Source of the DNA: Candidatus Fervidifonticultor quintus
GTDB taxonomy: Bacteria; Sysuimicrobiota; Sysuimicrobiia; Sysuimicrobiales; Humicultoraceae
Direction: 5' to 3'
Assembly: GCA_031459535.1 (NCBI GenBank)
Contig: JAVKIJ010000013.1
Location: 1 to 51,063, forward strand
Length of the DNA: 51,063 nt
Shown here: positions 29,333 through 39,304 of the stretch, in pieces
Layout of the letters: every line of letters begins with the position of its first letter
Numbering within the stretch: position 1 is the stretch's first letter
The notes under the pieces: model-generated
The model's database searches: none
What the model was told of the DNA's origin: nothing
What the model saw: the letters and a program-made list of their open reading frames with translations, nothing else
Program-made: the position numbers and the translations under genes

Positions 29333-30740
29333 GCCGTCCCCTGGCCTCAGCGATCAGGCGCTCGACGCGCCGGGCATCGGGCTCGAAGCCCATGGCCCCA
29401 TACTCGGAGTATGCGTCCTGCAGAGCCCTGATTCCCTCTGCCCGGGCACCAATGGCGCAGAGAGCCTCTCCGACGGTTTCCAGCGCCGCGGCCTGGCTCT
29501 TCCTGTTCCGCACCGCCCGTGCACGATCCAGGGCCGCTCTGGCCCAGGCGACGGCCGATCTGCCCTGGCCCAGGCGCAGCAGGACGTGGGCCAGCACAGA
29601 CAGCCCCTCGCTGGAATACCGGCCGATGCCGGTCCGGCCCACAAACTCCACCGCTCGCTCCAACCATGTGCGAGCCTCCAGGTAGGCCGCGCGGCAGGCG
29701 CGCTGGTCTTGCAGGCTGTCACCGCGCTCCGCCTGGACCAGGCCCAGATTGAACAGGCCTGCCTGAATGCCCCACCCCCAGGCCTCCGCCGTGGCGTACT
29801 CGAGGGCACGGACGAAGTAGGCCAGCGCCCCGTCCAGGTCGCCTGCCCGCCGGGCCAGATGCCCCAACCCTGTGGCGATCTGAGAGAGTTCGGCCAGGTG
29901 CTGGGAACCCTCGAGGAGCCGCAAGGCTTCCAGGTACCGATCGCGGGCTTCCCCGTAACGGTGCGGCTGCCGCAGCATCGCGCCCAGGAACCCCACCCGA
30001 ATGCAGGCGCGGGCGTGCGTCAGGTGGTCGACGCCGTGGGCGCGGCACATCGAGAGCGCGTCATGCGCTTTCGCCAGCGCCTCGTGGAACCGTCCTTCCT
30101 GCTCCAGGAGGCTGGAGGTCAGCAGCAGAAGGAGGATGCGATCCCTGGGGGGCCGCCCTTCCACCCGCTCGGCGTCCCCGATCAGGGACCGAGCCGCAGC
30201 GAAGTCGCACGGTTCCAGCTCCATCCGTGCCCGCACCATCGCCCAGGGGTATCTAAACATCCTGTCAACGGCAGGCGAGCGTCCGCCCGGCCAAGAGGAT
30301 GACGGAGTCGTGACCGCGAGATCGAGGCCAAGGAAGCTCTCGACGGCGGACAGCGGCGCATCGAATACGACATGGGCGTCCTTCAGCCGGAACAACTTCG
30401 TGGCTGCCCTGGGCGGAGACTCGATAAGATCCCATCCGGCGCGCTGCGCCCGCCGGACGTGGCGGTGGACGCTCTTCCCGATGCTGTCGGGGGTGGCCCG
30501 TCCCCATCGGGAGAGGCGCCGGACGTCGCGGACGGTGACGAACCGCTCACGGCCGCACGCGCGCTCGTAGGCCAGCAGGCAGTACAGTTGGAAGAACGCC
30601 GGGCTGAGGGCCAGCGGCCGCCCGTCTGCGGTAACCTGCCGGTCGGTGAGCGAGAGGCGAAGCACCGGGTGTCCCCCGCGCCCTGCGAAGTTTTGCGAAT
30701 GTTTCTCCTTGCGGACCGCCCGGGCCTGCTGAACAATCAT
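29313..30740 (-). CDS. TPR-repeat protein with an N-terminal winged-helix-like domain (putative regulator)
   Basis: Multiple TPR-like repeats ([28 protein letters not shown]); N-terminal [12 protein letters not shown]...LIES resembles a wHTH; start may be GTG 30665. Confidence 0.75.
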   Translation of the reverse strand: MIVQQARAVRKEKHSQNFAGRGGHPVLRLSLTDRQVTADGRPLALSPAFFQLYCLLAYERACGRERFVTVRDVRRLSRWGRATPDSIGKSVHRHVRRAQRAGWDLIESPPRAATKLFRLKDAHVVFDAPLSAVESFLGLDLAVTTPSSSWPGGRSPAVDRMFRYPWAMVRARMELEPCDFAAARSLIGDAERVEGRPPRDRILLLLLTSSLLEQEGRFHEALAKAHDALSMCRAHGVDHLTHARACIRVGFLGAMLRQPHRYGEARDRYLEALRLLEGSQHLAELSQIATGLGHLARRAGDLDGALAYFVRALEYATAEAWGWGIQAGLFNLGLVQAERGDSLQDQRACRAAYLEARTWLERAVEFVGRTGIGRYSSEGLSVLAHVLLRLGQGRSAVAWARAALDRARAVRNRKSQAAALETVGEALCAIGARAEGIRALQDAYSEYGAMGFEPDARRVERLIAEARGRHGKHKG

Positions 30741-30794
30741 TGAAGGAAGCAGGCCGTCAACCGACCGGGCGCGACCTTCGCGTGGAGTGGCGTC

Positions 30795-31373
30795 ATGCGG
30801 AAAGGGCTCGCGGTTGTCGTCAGCATCCTAGCGGCGCACGCGCTGGCCGCTACGCAGGTTAAAGACGGCAACCTGATCGTCCCCGGCGACCGCATCGGCC
30901 CCTACCGGCTCGGCGTGACCGGCGCGGCGCTGCGCGAGCAACTGGGACTCCCACAGAACCTGGGGGCGGGGGCCAACCCAACCCTCGCAGCCACAGGATG
31001 GACGTTCGGACCGCAGGGGCAGCGCTGGGCGCTCTTGGCCCTCGTTCGTCGCGACACCGATCAGGTGGTAGCCCTGCTGCTCCAAGGCGCTGGTGAGGCG
31101 ACGCGGTTCCGTACAGCCGAGGGTGTGGCCTTGGGCACTCCCGTTCAGACCGCGTGGCAGGTATATGGCACCCCCAGCTTCCGCTGGCTTCTCAGCGACA
31201 GGACCGGTTTCATCGTCGCCGTGTATGACCGCATTGGGTTAGCCATTGGCGGCTACACACAAGCGGGTGTGCCGCTGCCCGTACCAGCCAATACGGTCTA
31301 CTACTTGCGAGTCTTCCCGGCGGGGTCCGCCGATGGTCTCTGGCCTGCGTCGCAGATTCCACGAATGCCATAG
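30795..31373 (+). CDS. Secreted hypothetical protein
   Basis: Signal peptide MRKGLAVVVSILAAHALA; IVPGDRIGPYRLG, FRTAEGVALG; GGAG SD. Confidence 0.75.
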   Translation: MRKGLAVVVSILAAHALAATQVKDGNLIVPGDRIGPYRLGVTGAALREQLGLPQNLGAGANPTLAATGWTFGPQGQRWALLALVRRDTDQVVALLLQGAGEATRFRTAEGVALGTPVQTAWQVYGTPSFRWLLSDRTGFIVAVYDRIGLAIGGYTQAGVPLPVPANTVYYLRVFPAGSADGLWPASQIPRMP

Positions 31374-31432
31374 CGGTGGACCAAACGTGAACGGACGCCC
31401 CCCATCCGCGTCCCAAACCCGGAGCAGGTGAT

Positions 31433-32017
31433 ATGAGACGGGTCGGGGCCGCTGGCGCACTTCTGGCGATCGCCGGTCTCCTCGCGGGAGGTGCCGGTGG
31501 GCAGGAGGTGCTCCAGAGTCCTTACGCGGTCACGCCGCCTGACATCGACGGCGTCGTCGGAGAAGACGAGTGGCGGGCAGCGACTCGCCTGACCTTGCCC
31601 AGCCGCGACGGGAGTGCGCAGTGCGTCTTCCTTATCATGAACGATACGAAGCGGCTCTACGTGGGTGTCGACGCCATCCACGACATCACCAACACCACGG
31701 CGTCCAGCCCTCTCCACAGCGGCTTCGACAACATGGCCATCTGGTTCAAGGGCGAGGTCGGCTACTGGCTCTACGGCGACGGCCGGCTGCGCACGGGGCG
31801 CGACGATGGGCCCGCAGCGCGCCACATGATATACGAGCTGTCGGTCCCATTGGAGGAGATCGGGGTTGCACCCGGCGGGACGGTGGCCACCGGATTGCAC
31901 TACTGGGACAACTACGACCGTGGCCCCAGCTTCTGGTGCCGCGGAACGTGGGCGTGTTCCTTCCAGAGAGGTACGGGCGGCTGGCTATCAGCCAGAAGCC
32001 GTGAGAACGGACCATAG
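31433..32017 (+). CDS. Secreted DOMON/CBM9-like protein, probably frameshifted near 31937
   Basis: Signal peptide; PDIDGVVGEDEW, MNDTKRLYVGV, YELSVPL. Confidence 0.7.
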   Translation: MRRVGAAGALLAIAGLLAGGAGGQEVLQSPYAVTPPDIDGVVGEDEWRAATRLTLPSRDGSAQCVFLIMNDTKRLYVGVDAIHDITNTTASSPLHSGFDNMAIWFKGEVGYWLYGDGRLRTGRDDGPAARHMIYELSVPLEEIGVAPGGTVATGLHYWDNYDRGPSFWCRGTWACSFQRGTGGWLSARSRENGP

Positions 32018-32056
32018 CTGAAGGTGGAACACTGCCATGATGCGCGGGCCGGTGCC

Positions 32057-32557
32057 ATGACCACGGGACATCGCGCACGCCGCTGCCTCGCGACGGTGGC
32101 CGTCGCAATCAGTCTCACAGTGCTCACGCCACTGAGCCCCGCCACGGCGGCCGCCGAACCTCCACTTCCTGAGGTAGTACGGTTGGTCGAGACGTTCGTC
32201 GACGCCTTGAACAAGCGGGACGGCAAGCTGCTCGCATCGCTGTATGCATACGCTCCCCACAGTCTGTGCACTGACCTGGACATCTTGACCTTCAACGAGG
32301 TCACGGGACAGGAGCCGCTGGCCCTCAAGGAACTCACGAAGAGCCAGGCCAGCCTGAGCGGCGCGCCGGGAACGGCGGCCTTGCCGACCGGAGGGTTCAT
32401 CGTGGACTTCGGGCTGATGTGGACCTACCAGCTCAAGGGCGAGATTGAGGAACGGACCCTGCACGTGAGGGTGCAATGGCGCATCGAGCAGCAAGGCGGC
32501 ACATATAAGGTCGTCACGCAGAAGACGACGGACCTCGACCATGACTCCGCCTGCTGA
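32057..32557 (+). CDS. Secreted hypothetical protein (possibly NTF2-like fold)
   Basis: Signal peptide ending ATAAA; LVETFVDALNKRD helix; C-terminal beta strands ending WRIEQQGGTYKVV. Confidence 0.65.
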   Translation: MTTGHRARRCLATVAVAISLTVLTPLSPATAAAEPPLPEVVRLVETFVDALNKRDGKLLASLYAYAPHSLCTDLDILTFNEVTGQEPLALKELTKSQASLSGAPGTAALPTGGFIVDFGLMWTYQLKGEIEERTLHVRVQWRIEQQGGTYKVVTQKTTDLDHDSAC

Positions 32558-32581
32558 ACGGATGCGCCGGGAGGGAGTGCC

Positions 32582-33280
32582 ATGAAGCTCGTTGCCAGAC
32601 TCTTCCTTGCGGTCGCCACCTTCGCCGCCATGGGGACGTTGGTGTCGGTCCCAGTCCGCGCGCAGGGACTCCCGGCGCTGCGGTTTCTTGGTCTCTCACC
32701 CACCCAGCCACCCGCGGATTCGTTGACGTCTCGCCTCGCCGTCGCCCATGCCATTGACCGCGACACCATCGTCAGGGCCACAATGGCCGTCTCCGCCATG
32801 GCCTCACCGGCCCTATCGATCCAGCACCCCCGGGTAGCCGGCCACAACCCGGCGGCGCGCGTCTACCCCTACGACCAGGCGAGGGCCAGAGAGCGCTACA
32901 CGCGATCGGGCTGGACCGCGACGATTTCGATCATGGTGCCGTCCCCGACGAACAGATTTTGGGAGCTCTTCAATAACGCTGTGGCCGACGGCCTGCGGAA
33001 CACGCTGGGCGCCAGCGTGACGTTACAGGTCGTGACCCCGTTCCGCGCCCTGGTTGACGCGGTCAGAGCAGGCCAGGCGGCGCTGTACATGTTCGGCTGG
33101 GCGAGCGTTCCCCGTGACTACGGGTATCCGTCTTTCGCCCTCGGTCTGGCCCACGACAACGACATCGCCGATCCCGAGATCCGGGCGCTCGTGGAGAAGC
33201 GAGACGCTGCCGCCCTGGAACAGCTGCTGCTGGAACGGGCCCTGATCGTGCCGATCATCCACTACGTCTCTCAAGGATGA
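32582..33280 (+). CDS. Secreted single-lobe fragment of a family 5 substrate-binding protein
   Basis: RLAVAHAIDR and YPYDQARARE match the C-terminal halves of the two full SBPs in this window. Confidence 0.75.
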   Translation: MKLVARLFLAVATFAAMGTLVSVPVRAQGLPALRFLGLSPTQPPADSLTSRLAVAHAIDRDTIVRATMAVSAMASPALSIQHPRVAGHNPAARVYPYDQARARERYTRSGWTATISIMVPSPTNRFWELFNNAVADGLRNTLGASVTLQVVTPFRALVDAVRAGQAALYMFGWASVPRDYGYPSFALGLAHDNDIADPEIRALVEKRDAAALEQLLLERALIVPIIHYVSQG

Positions 33281-34422
33281 GGGCGACCCTCCTCGCCTGG
33301 ACGTGTCTGCTACCTCTGGCTGCCGCCCCGGGGGCTCCTGCAGAGGGGGCCGGGGAAATCGTGGCGTCCGTGCTGGACGCTGCCGGCCGCCCGACACCGG
33401 CCGAGGTGATCGTTGTCGGTGGCGACTGGCATGCGGCGCCGACCGATGCGACGGGGAGGGCCCACCTGCGGGTGGCGCCCGGCGCATGGGACGTCGTGGT
33501 GTTCTCCGCTGACCTGGCGGTGGTCCCCACATCACGTGCTACCGTGGTGAGGGCCGGGGAGAGCGCCTCTTTAGAATTCCGGGCGCTTCCCAGGTCGGCC
33601 CGGATCACGGGGACCGTCCGACTCCGCTCCGATCTGCCTACAGCACTGACATCGCTCCACGTAGCCGCATATCCCGCCAATCCCGCCGACGGCGCATACC
33701 CCGTCTCCACCGGGCAGGTGGCAGAGGACAGGGCGTTTTCTCTTGCCGTCCCGGTGGGCCGGTGGCGGGTGGGGTTGCTGGAAGCGCCGACGGTGACCGC
33801 TCCGGGAGAGGCCGCCGCGGGAGGCGAATCCCGTGCGGACCTGGAGGTGGATTTCCAGAGACTTGCCGGCGTCACCGGGTTCGTCTATGAAGCCGGACTG
33901 GTGACCGAGCGCACGGGGCCTCCGTTCTCGCTGACCAGCGTCGGGCTCTATGCAATTGATCCGCAGGGCCAGCACCGGATCCTGGCGATCAGCCAGGCCA
34001 GGGCAGACCAGACATACGCCGTCTTCGCACCCGTTCTCCCGGGCATGCCCCTTGCGGCCTTCGCATGGCGTGCGGGCGGCAGCGCGGTACCGGCCGCCGT
34101 CCGAAGCCGGGCCGCGCCGGGAAGTGCGGCGTTCGCAGATTTCCGGTTCGTGGTGAATTCTGGAACGCTGACAGGCCGTGTGGTGGACCCTGGCGGCAGG
34201 CCGGTCTCCGATGCCTGGGTGGCAACTGTCTCGGCCGTCCGCTACGAGGACTGGATGATCTGGGGCAGACCGGTGCGGGCCGTCGACGGGACGTTCCACA
34301 TTCGCGTGCCGCTGGGACCGGTCCTGGTGCGGGCCTGGAGGGATCCGCACCGCACGGGCGCGCCGGTCCGGGTGTCGGTGGGTAGTCCGGAACCCGTGGT
34401 GGTTCGCCTGGAGGCGCCATAG
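33277..34422 (+). CDS. Secreted protein with carboxypeptidase-regulatory-like beta-sandwich repeats
   Basis: Signal peptide; VLDAAGRP, TDATGRAHL..PG.W, GTLTGRVVDPGGRPV, DGTF. Confidence 0.75.
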   Translation: MRATLLAWTCLLPLAAAPGAPAEGAGEIVASVLDAAGRPTPAEVIVVGGDWHAAPTDATGRAHLRVAPGAWDVVVFSADLAVVPTSRATVVRAGESASLEFRALPRSARITGTVRLRSDLPTALTSLHVAAYPANPADGAYPVSTGQVAEDRAFSLAVPVGRWRVGLLEAPTVTAPGEAAAGGESRADLEVDFQRLAGVTGFVYEAGLVTERTGPPFSLTSVGLYAIDPQGQHRILAISQARADQTYAVFAPVLPGMPLAAFAWRAGGSAVPAAVRSRAAPGSAAFADFRFVVNSGTLTGRVVDPGGRPVSDAWVATVSAVRYEDWMIWGRPVRAVDGTFHIRVPLGPVLVRAWRDPHRTGAPVRVSVGSPEPVVVRLEAP

Positions 34423-34468
34423 ACCGAGGGAAGGTGGAGCGCGACATGTTACCAGAGGGGGTGACTCC

Positions 34469-35218
34469 GTGAGGACGCAATCGGTCGCAGTCATGCTGGC
34501 CATTGCACTCGTTCTGGGGGTGACGCCTGAGGCCCTCAGCGCCGACTTCGTGAGCATGGCCTTCGGGCTGGACGCCCGAGCCGAGTATCCCTGCCCCTTC
34601 CGCGTGGAGACAGCGCAGTGGGCGGCCAGTGACTACCCTACCTACGTCGTCGTCCATTGGAGAGCGACACGGTCCGGCGAACGCCGCGAGATCCGAGTTG
34701 CCGCACCAAACGGGCGCAGCCTTGTGGACGCGCTCACATAGACGACGGATGCGCCGCGCAGGTGCAGTCTCGTTTTCGTTCCCGTCCTGGGCACGACGGC
34801 GGAAACATGGTTGGGAAGGTGGCAGGTCACAGTGTCACTCAATGGTAAGCCAGTAGGCGAAGGATCGTTTGAGATCCTGCCGACACGAGAGGGTGCCCTT
34901 CCAGAGTACCAACGCCTGCTGGCCTCGTCCCCCACGTCTGCCGTCGCGCACTTCCGGGTCGGCGCCACTGCCGCTCTGGTAGGACAGCTGGATCTCGCCG
35001 AACGTCACCTCCGGGAGGCCTCCCGCCTCTCGCCGACCTGGTGGATTCCTCCGCTGGCATTGGGTCGTGTCTACCTCCGGCAGGGCAAACGAGACGAAGC
35101 TCGGGAGCGCTTGTTCTTCCTTCGCGGATTGCTGCTGGGCCGACGGGACGAACCCGAGACGAGAGTGGCCTTCTACAAAATGATGCTGGACGACCTCCTC
35201 AGGGAGCTGGGGGAATAG
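34469..35218 (+). pseudogene. Secreted Ig-like plus TPR protein interrupted by an in-frame TAG at 34739-34741
   Basis: ORFs 34469-34741 and 34811-35218 share a frame with no other stop between them; GRWQVTVSLNG strand followed by TPR repeats. Confidence 0.7.
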
Positions 35219-35281
35219 ACCGCCCGCCCATCTCAGTTCGCCTCCGCGAGAGGTGTACGCCGTGGGCATCGAGGGGGTTGC

Positions 35282-35449
35282 ATGATGTCGAGACGTGGCT
35301 CGCCGCGATCGACATGCCGCCAGCCTTTGCCCCTGATGGTGTGCGCGATCGCCACGACCCTCGCGGCCCAATCGGCCTTCGCCCAACTGCCGTTCGAGCG
35401 CCGCGACGGTCTGCGCAGAGCGGCGGGGGACGGCGTTTGGAGGGAGTGA
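35282..35449 (+). CDS. Small ORF (55 aa) consisting mostly of a signal-peptide-like segment
   Basis: GAGGGGG SD; MMSRRGSPRSTCRQPLPLMVCAIATTLAAQSAFA|QLPFERRDGLRRAAGDGVWRE*. Confidence 0.4.
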   Translation: MMSRRGSPRSTCRQPLPLMVCAIATTLAAQSAFAQLPFERRDGLRRAAGDGVWRE

Positions 35450-35451
35450 AC

Positions 35452-36420
35452 ATGGGGAAGGTTACCGCGCTGCTTGCGGCCCTGGCTGTCCTGGCTGTCG
35501 GATCGGCTGTAGGCGCCCAGCAGAGACCCGCAAGCCGGGCGCGGCACGTGCTCATTATCAGCATCGACGGCGCTCGACCCGACGGTCTTCGGGTCGCCGG
35601 GATCGGCTCGATCCTTCAGGAGGCCAGCGCCAGCATGACCGCACAAACCACCGTGCCGCCCACCACGGCCTCTGCCCACATGTCCATGGTCTCGGGGGTG
35701 GGGCCCGAGAAGCACGGCGTGCGCGACAACACCTGGCGACCGGGAAGACCTCATCCCCCGGTGCCGACGGTCTTCTCGGTATCCAAGCAGGCAGGGCTGC
35801 GCACAGCGCTCTTCACGCAGAAGCCGTACGTGCCCGTGATCGCCGATCCACGGTACATGGACAGGGTAGAGCTCGTGCCCTGGCGATCGGCCACGCTGAC
35901 TTCGGACTTGATTGCAGCGGCGTCGGCATACATCCGTTCGGCGAAACCCCACGTAGTCCTAGCACACATCTCGGAGCCTGATGCCGCAGGACACGCCGAT
36001 GGCTGGATGTCTTTTGCCTACCTCCAGGCACTGCGCCGGGCGGTCTCTGGGATCGGACTCCTGCGCCAAGCGCTCCGGGAGGCCGACATTGAGGAACAGA
36101 CGCTGGTGATCATCACGGCAGACCACGGCGGCATCGACCGGGACCATGTCACCACAGTTCCCGAAGTGATGACGATTCCGTGGATTGCTCAAGGCAGCGG
36201 GGTCAAGCAGAGTCTGGAGATTCAGCGGGCAATCGTCATCTACGACACGGCTGCCACCGTTCTGTACGCCCTCGGGCTGGACGTCCCCCAAGGCTGGGAC
36301 GGGAAACCTCTTACGGAGGCGTTTGTTACAGCGACGCCGTTGCCGCTGCGTGGGGCGGTTGCCCGAACACCCCTTGCGCCCCCAAACCGACCGCAAGCGA
36401 CCCCGGCCCTTACACCTTGA
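35452..36420 (+). CDS. Secreted alkaline phosphatase superfamily nucleotide pyrophosphatase/phosphodiesterase
   Basis: Signal peptide; [35 protein letters not shown]. Confidence 0.88.
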   Translation: MGKVTALLAALAVLAVGSAVGAQQRPASRARHVLIISIDGARPDGLRVAGIGSILQEASASMTAQTTVPPTTASAHMSMVSGVGPEKHGVRDNTWRPGRPHPPVPTVFSVSKQAGLRTALFTQKPYVPVIADPRYMDRVELVPWRSATLTSDLIAAASAYIRSAKPHVVLAHISEPDAAGHADGWMSFAYLQALRRAVSGIGLLRQALREADIEEQTLVIITADHGGIDRDHVTTVPEVMTIPWIAQGSGVKQSLEIQRAIVIYDTAATVLYALGLDVPQGWDGKPLTEAFVTATPLPLRGAVARTPLAPPNRPQATPALTP

Positions 36421-36613
36421 GGCCGTACTTTCGGGCAAACTTCTGGACGCGGCCCTCTGTGTCCACGAACTTGCGCTGGCCCGTGAAGAACGGGTGGCAC
36501 TTGGAGCAGATCTCGACGCGGATGGTCTTCTTGGTCGACCCGGTGATGAAGGTCTCGCCGCACGCACAGGTGACGCGCGCCTGGTAGTACTCGGGATGGA
36601 TGCCCGGCTTCAT
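36410..36613 (-). CDS. rpmE: 50S ribosomal protein L31 (Zn-binding type)
   Basis: [29 protein letters not shown]. Confidence 0.97.
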   Translation of the reverse strand: MKPGIHPEYYQARVTCACGETFITGSTKKTIRVEICSKCHPFFTGQRKFVDTEGRVQKFARKYGLKV

Positions 36614-36652
36614 GGACGACTCCCACATGACACGGATATGCGAACAGCGGGC

Positions 36653-36661
36653 ATTATAGCA
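36653..36661 (-). promoter_or_regulatory. Extended -10 promoter (TGcTATAAT) upstream of rpmE
   Basis: Exact TGnTATAAT about 40 nt upstream of the ATG. Confidence 0.7.
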
Positions 36662-36699
36662 GATGGCGCCGTGGTGAGTCGAGCGCGGCGTGTGGAGGG

Positions 36700-37854
36700 C
36701 TACCGGAGATAGGGCATCGGGTCTACCGCGCGACCATCCCGGCGCACCTCGAAATGCAGGTGGGGCCCCGTACACCACCCCGTGCAGCCCACGCGGGCGA
36801 TCAACTGGCCCTTCTTGACGCGCTGACCGACGCGCACGTGCAACACGGACGCGTGCCCGTACACTGTGACCATGCCGCCCTCATGTCGCAGGAGCACGGC
36901 CTTCCCGTAGCCATAGTGCCACCCGGCGACTTCGACGACGCCGTCACGCGCCGCGTAGACGGGTGTCCCCGCCCGCGCGGCGATGTCGATGCCCTCGTGC
37001 TGGCGCCGGCGCCGCCACCCGAATCGAGAGGTGAGCGTTCCGCGGGCCGGCCAGAGGAAGGCTCCTGACGCCCGCAGCCGTCGCGCCTCGGCCGTGGTCA
37101 GGCCCGTCCCGCTCCGGGTCTGGAGACCTGCCCGGCGATGCCGCGGGAGCGTGCCGGCCGACACATGGAGGCGCTGCCCGGGCTTGATCCAGTCTGAGTG
37201 ACCCAGGTTGTTGAGCGCCATGAGGTCCTCGATATCGGTCCCGTAGCGCCTGGCAATGTCCCACAGCGTCTCGCCTGACCGTACCACGTGCGTGACCGTG
37301 GATTCCCGACGTGCCGCGGCCCGCGCCACCGCCCGTGTTGATGATCCCGTGCTGGGAACCATGAGTCTCTGTCCAGGGTGGAGCACAGCGGTAAGTTCCA
37401 GGTCGTTGGCCTCTGCTAGGGCCTCAACAGAGACGCCGTAGCGGCGGGAAAGATCCCACAGCGTATCTCCGCCCCTGACGGTGTGCGCCACGGTCGGCCG
37501 GGCGGCGGGCGATGGCTGAAGGATGGCCGCACGGAGCGTTCTGGAGTGGGAAGCGGTAACGGGAGAAGTCTGGCCGTGCGCCAAAGCGGCGTCATGGAGC
37601 CACCCCGGCCGGCGCATGGCCGGTGTGGCGTCCGAGAGCTGGCGTAGCATCCGCTCGCCAACTGACACCACGGCGGGCCGCGGCGCAGTCTGCATCTCTG
37701 ATGCGGGAACTTCCGACGCACCCAGCGCCGGCACCATGAGGGCGCACACTGCAGTGCACGTGGCGACCGCCAAAGTCCTGCGCAAGGCTCCCTCCCGCGT
37801 AGTCCAGCCTCCGGCGCCAGGCTGCACGTCGGTCGTCTTGCTGCTGTCGCGCAC
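36700..37854 (-). CDS. Peptidoglycan endopeptidase with two LysM domains and an M23 domain
   Basis: [49 protein letters not shown]; start uncertain. Confidence 0.92.
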   Translation of the reverse strand: MRDSSKTTDVQPGAGGWTTREGALRRTLAVATCTAVCALMVPALGASEVPASEMQTAPRPAVVSVGERMLRQLSDATPAMRRPGWLHDAALAHGQTSPVTASHSRTLRAAILQPSPAARPTVAHTVRGGDTLWDLSRRYGVSVEALAEANDLELTAVLHPGQRLMVPSTGSSTRAVARAAARRESTVTHVVRSGETLWDIARRYGTDIEDLMALNNLGHSDWIKPGQRLHVSAGTLPRHRRAGLQTRSGTGLTTAEARRLRASGAFLWPARGTLTSRFGWRRRRQHEGIDIAARAGTPVYAARDGVVEVAGWHYGYGKAVLLRHEGGMVTVYGHASVLHVRVGQRVKKGQLIARVGCTGWCTGPHLHFEVRRDGRAVDPMPYLR

Positions 37855-38000
37855 GTGGGCACGCGTGCGCTATGTCACGGAACACCTATCGTGCCTACTT
37901 GCGTGCGGAGCAAACTTGTAGTTCGACCGTACGACGGCGAATTCCTGCCGACCGGACGGCCGGCATGTCGCCTGCGGCCGTTTGCCCCCGGAGCCGCCGT

Positions 38001-39263
38001 CTAGGCGCCGTTCTCCTCTGAACTCTTCACGATGGACCGCAGGAAAGCGGCGTTGTTGGCGGTCTTGCGCATGCGGTCGAGAATCAGCTCGGTCATCGCC
38101 ACCGTGTCGAGCTGCTCCAGACTCTTGCGCAGCACCCACACCTTGCGCAGCTCCTCGTCGGTGAGCAGCAGTTCCTCACGCCGCGTGCCCGACATCTTGA
38201 TGTCGATGGCCGGGAAGGTCCGGCGCTCCTGGAGCTTGCGGTTGAGGTGCAACTCCATATTGCCGGTGCCCTTGAACTCTTCGTAGATGACGTCATCCAT
38301 GCGGCTGCCGGTGTCGATCAGCGCCGTGGCGAGAATCGTGAGGCTACCCCCTTCCTCGATCTTGCGGGCAGCGCCGAAGAAGCGCTTGGGCCGGTGCAGC
38401 GCTGCGGGATCGAGGCCGCCCGACAGCGTGCGCCCGGACGGTGGGATCACCAGGTTGTTGGCGCGAGAGAACCGGGTGAGGCTGTCGAGCAGGATGACCA
38501 CGTCCCGGCCGCCCTCCACCAGCCGCTTGGCGCGTTCGAGCACCAGATCAGCCACCTGGATGTGCTCCTCGGGTGCCCGGTCGAAGGTGCTCGCGACAAC
38601 CTCGGCCTCGACCGAGCGGCGCATGTCGGTGACTTCTTCCGGCCGTTCGTCCAGGAGCAGGACCATCAAGTAGATCTCGCTGTGGTTCTGGACCACGGAC
38701 TGGCCGATCTTCTTCAGCAGGGTGGTCTTGCCGGCCTTGGGCGGCGAGACGATCATGCCGCGCTGTCCCTTGCCGATCGGCGCAAACAGGTCCACGACTC
38801 GCACCGTCAGATCGGACTCCGGGAGCTCGAGCCTCACGCGCTCGTGGGGGAAGACCGGCGTGAGCGCCTCGAAAGACGGCCGGGTGCGCGCCTGCTCGGG
38901 GTCCAGGCCGTTGACCGCCTCCACTCTCAGCAGCGCGAAGTACTTCTCGTTGTCCTTGGGCGGCCGGACCTGGCCGAGCACCTCATCGCCCACGCGCAGG
39001 CCAAACCGCTTGATCTGGGAGGGTGACACATAGATGTCTTCGTTGCCCGGCAGGTAGCCGCTCGTCCGAAGGAACCCATAGCCCTCCGGCATGATCTCCA
39101 GAATGCCGGCCCGGATCAGGAGCCCCGCGTCTTCAGTCTGCTTCTGGAGGACCCGCATGATCAACTCCTGCTTCCGGAAGCGGCGGTAGTTGGGGATGTT
39201 GAGCTCCCTGGCCATGTCCTGGAGCTCAGAGAGGGTCTTCGCCTCCAGTTCTGCAATTGGCAC
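38001..39263 (-). CDS. rho: Transcription termination factor Rho
   Basis: GYGFLR, DIYVSPSQI, PPKAGKT, DERPEEVT, EEFKGTGN, SGTRREE. Confidence 0.98.
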   Translation of the reverse strand: MPIAELEAKTLSELQDMARELNIPNYRRFRKQELIMRVLQKQTEDAGLLIRAGILEIMPEGYGFLRTSGYLPGNEDIYVSPSQIKRFGLRVGDEVLGQVRPPKDNEKYFALLRVEAVNGLDPEQARTRPSFEALTPVFPHERVRLELPESDLTVRVVDLFAPIGKGQRGMIVSPPKAGKTTLLKKIGQSVVQNHSEIYLMVLLLDERPEEVTDMRRSVEAEVVASTFDRAPEEHIQVADLVLERAKRLVEGGRDVVILLDSLTRFSRANNLVIPPSGRTLSGGLDPAALHRPKRFFGAARKIEEGGSLTILATALIDTGSRMDDVIYEEFKGTGNMELHLNRKLQERRTFPAIDIKMSGTRREELLLTDEELRKVWVLRKSLEQLDTVAMTELILDRMRKTANNAAFLRSIVKSSEENGA

Positions 39264-39304
39264 GACTTACTCACCTCTTGTGTTCTTTCCCACCGCCGCG
39301 GTGG

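Noticed and set aside
34739-34741. Pyrrolysine or genome-wide TAG recoding
   Set aside because: TAG terminates many conserved genes here (e.g. rho, argS, upp) and RF1 is intact
30795-36420. Integron cassette array or prophage
   Set aside because: Genes abut or overlap; no attC-like repeats, integrase or phage genes seen
37855-38000. c-di-GMP-I or c-di-AMP riboswitch upstream of the LysM-M23 gene
   Set aside because: GGCAAAC is present but not followed by the GACGCAAAG element, and no ydaO motifs are seen; just GC-rich hairpins after rho
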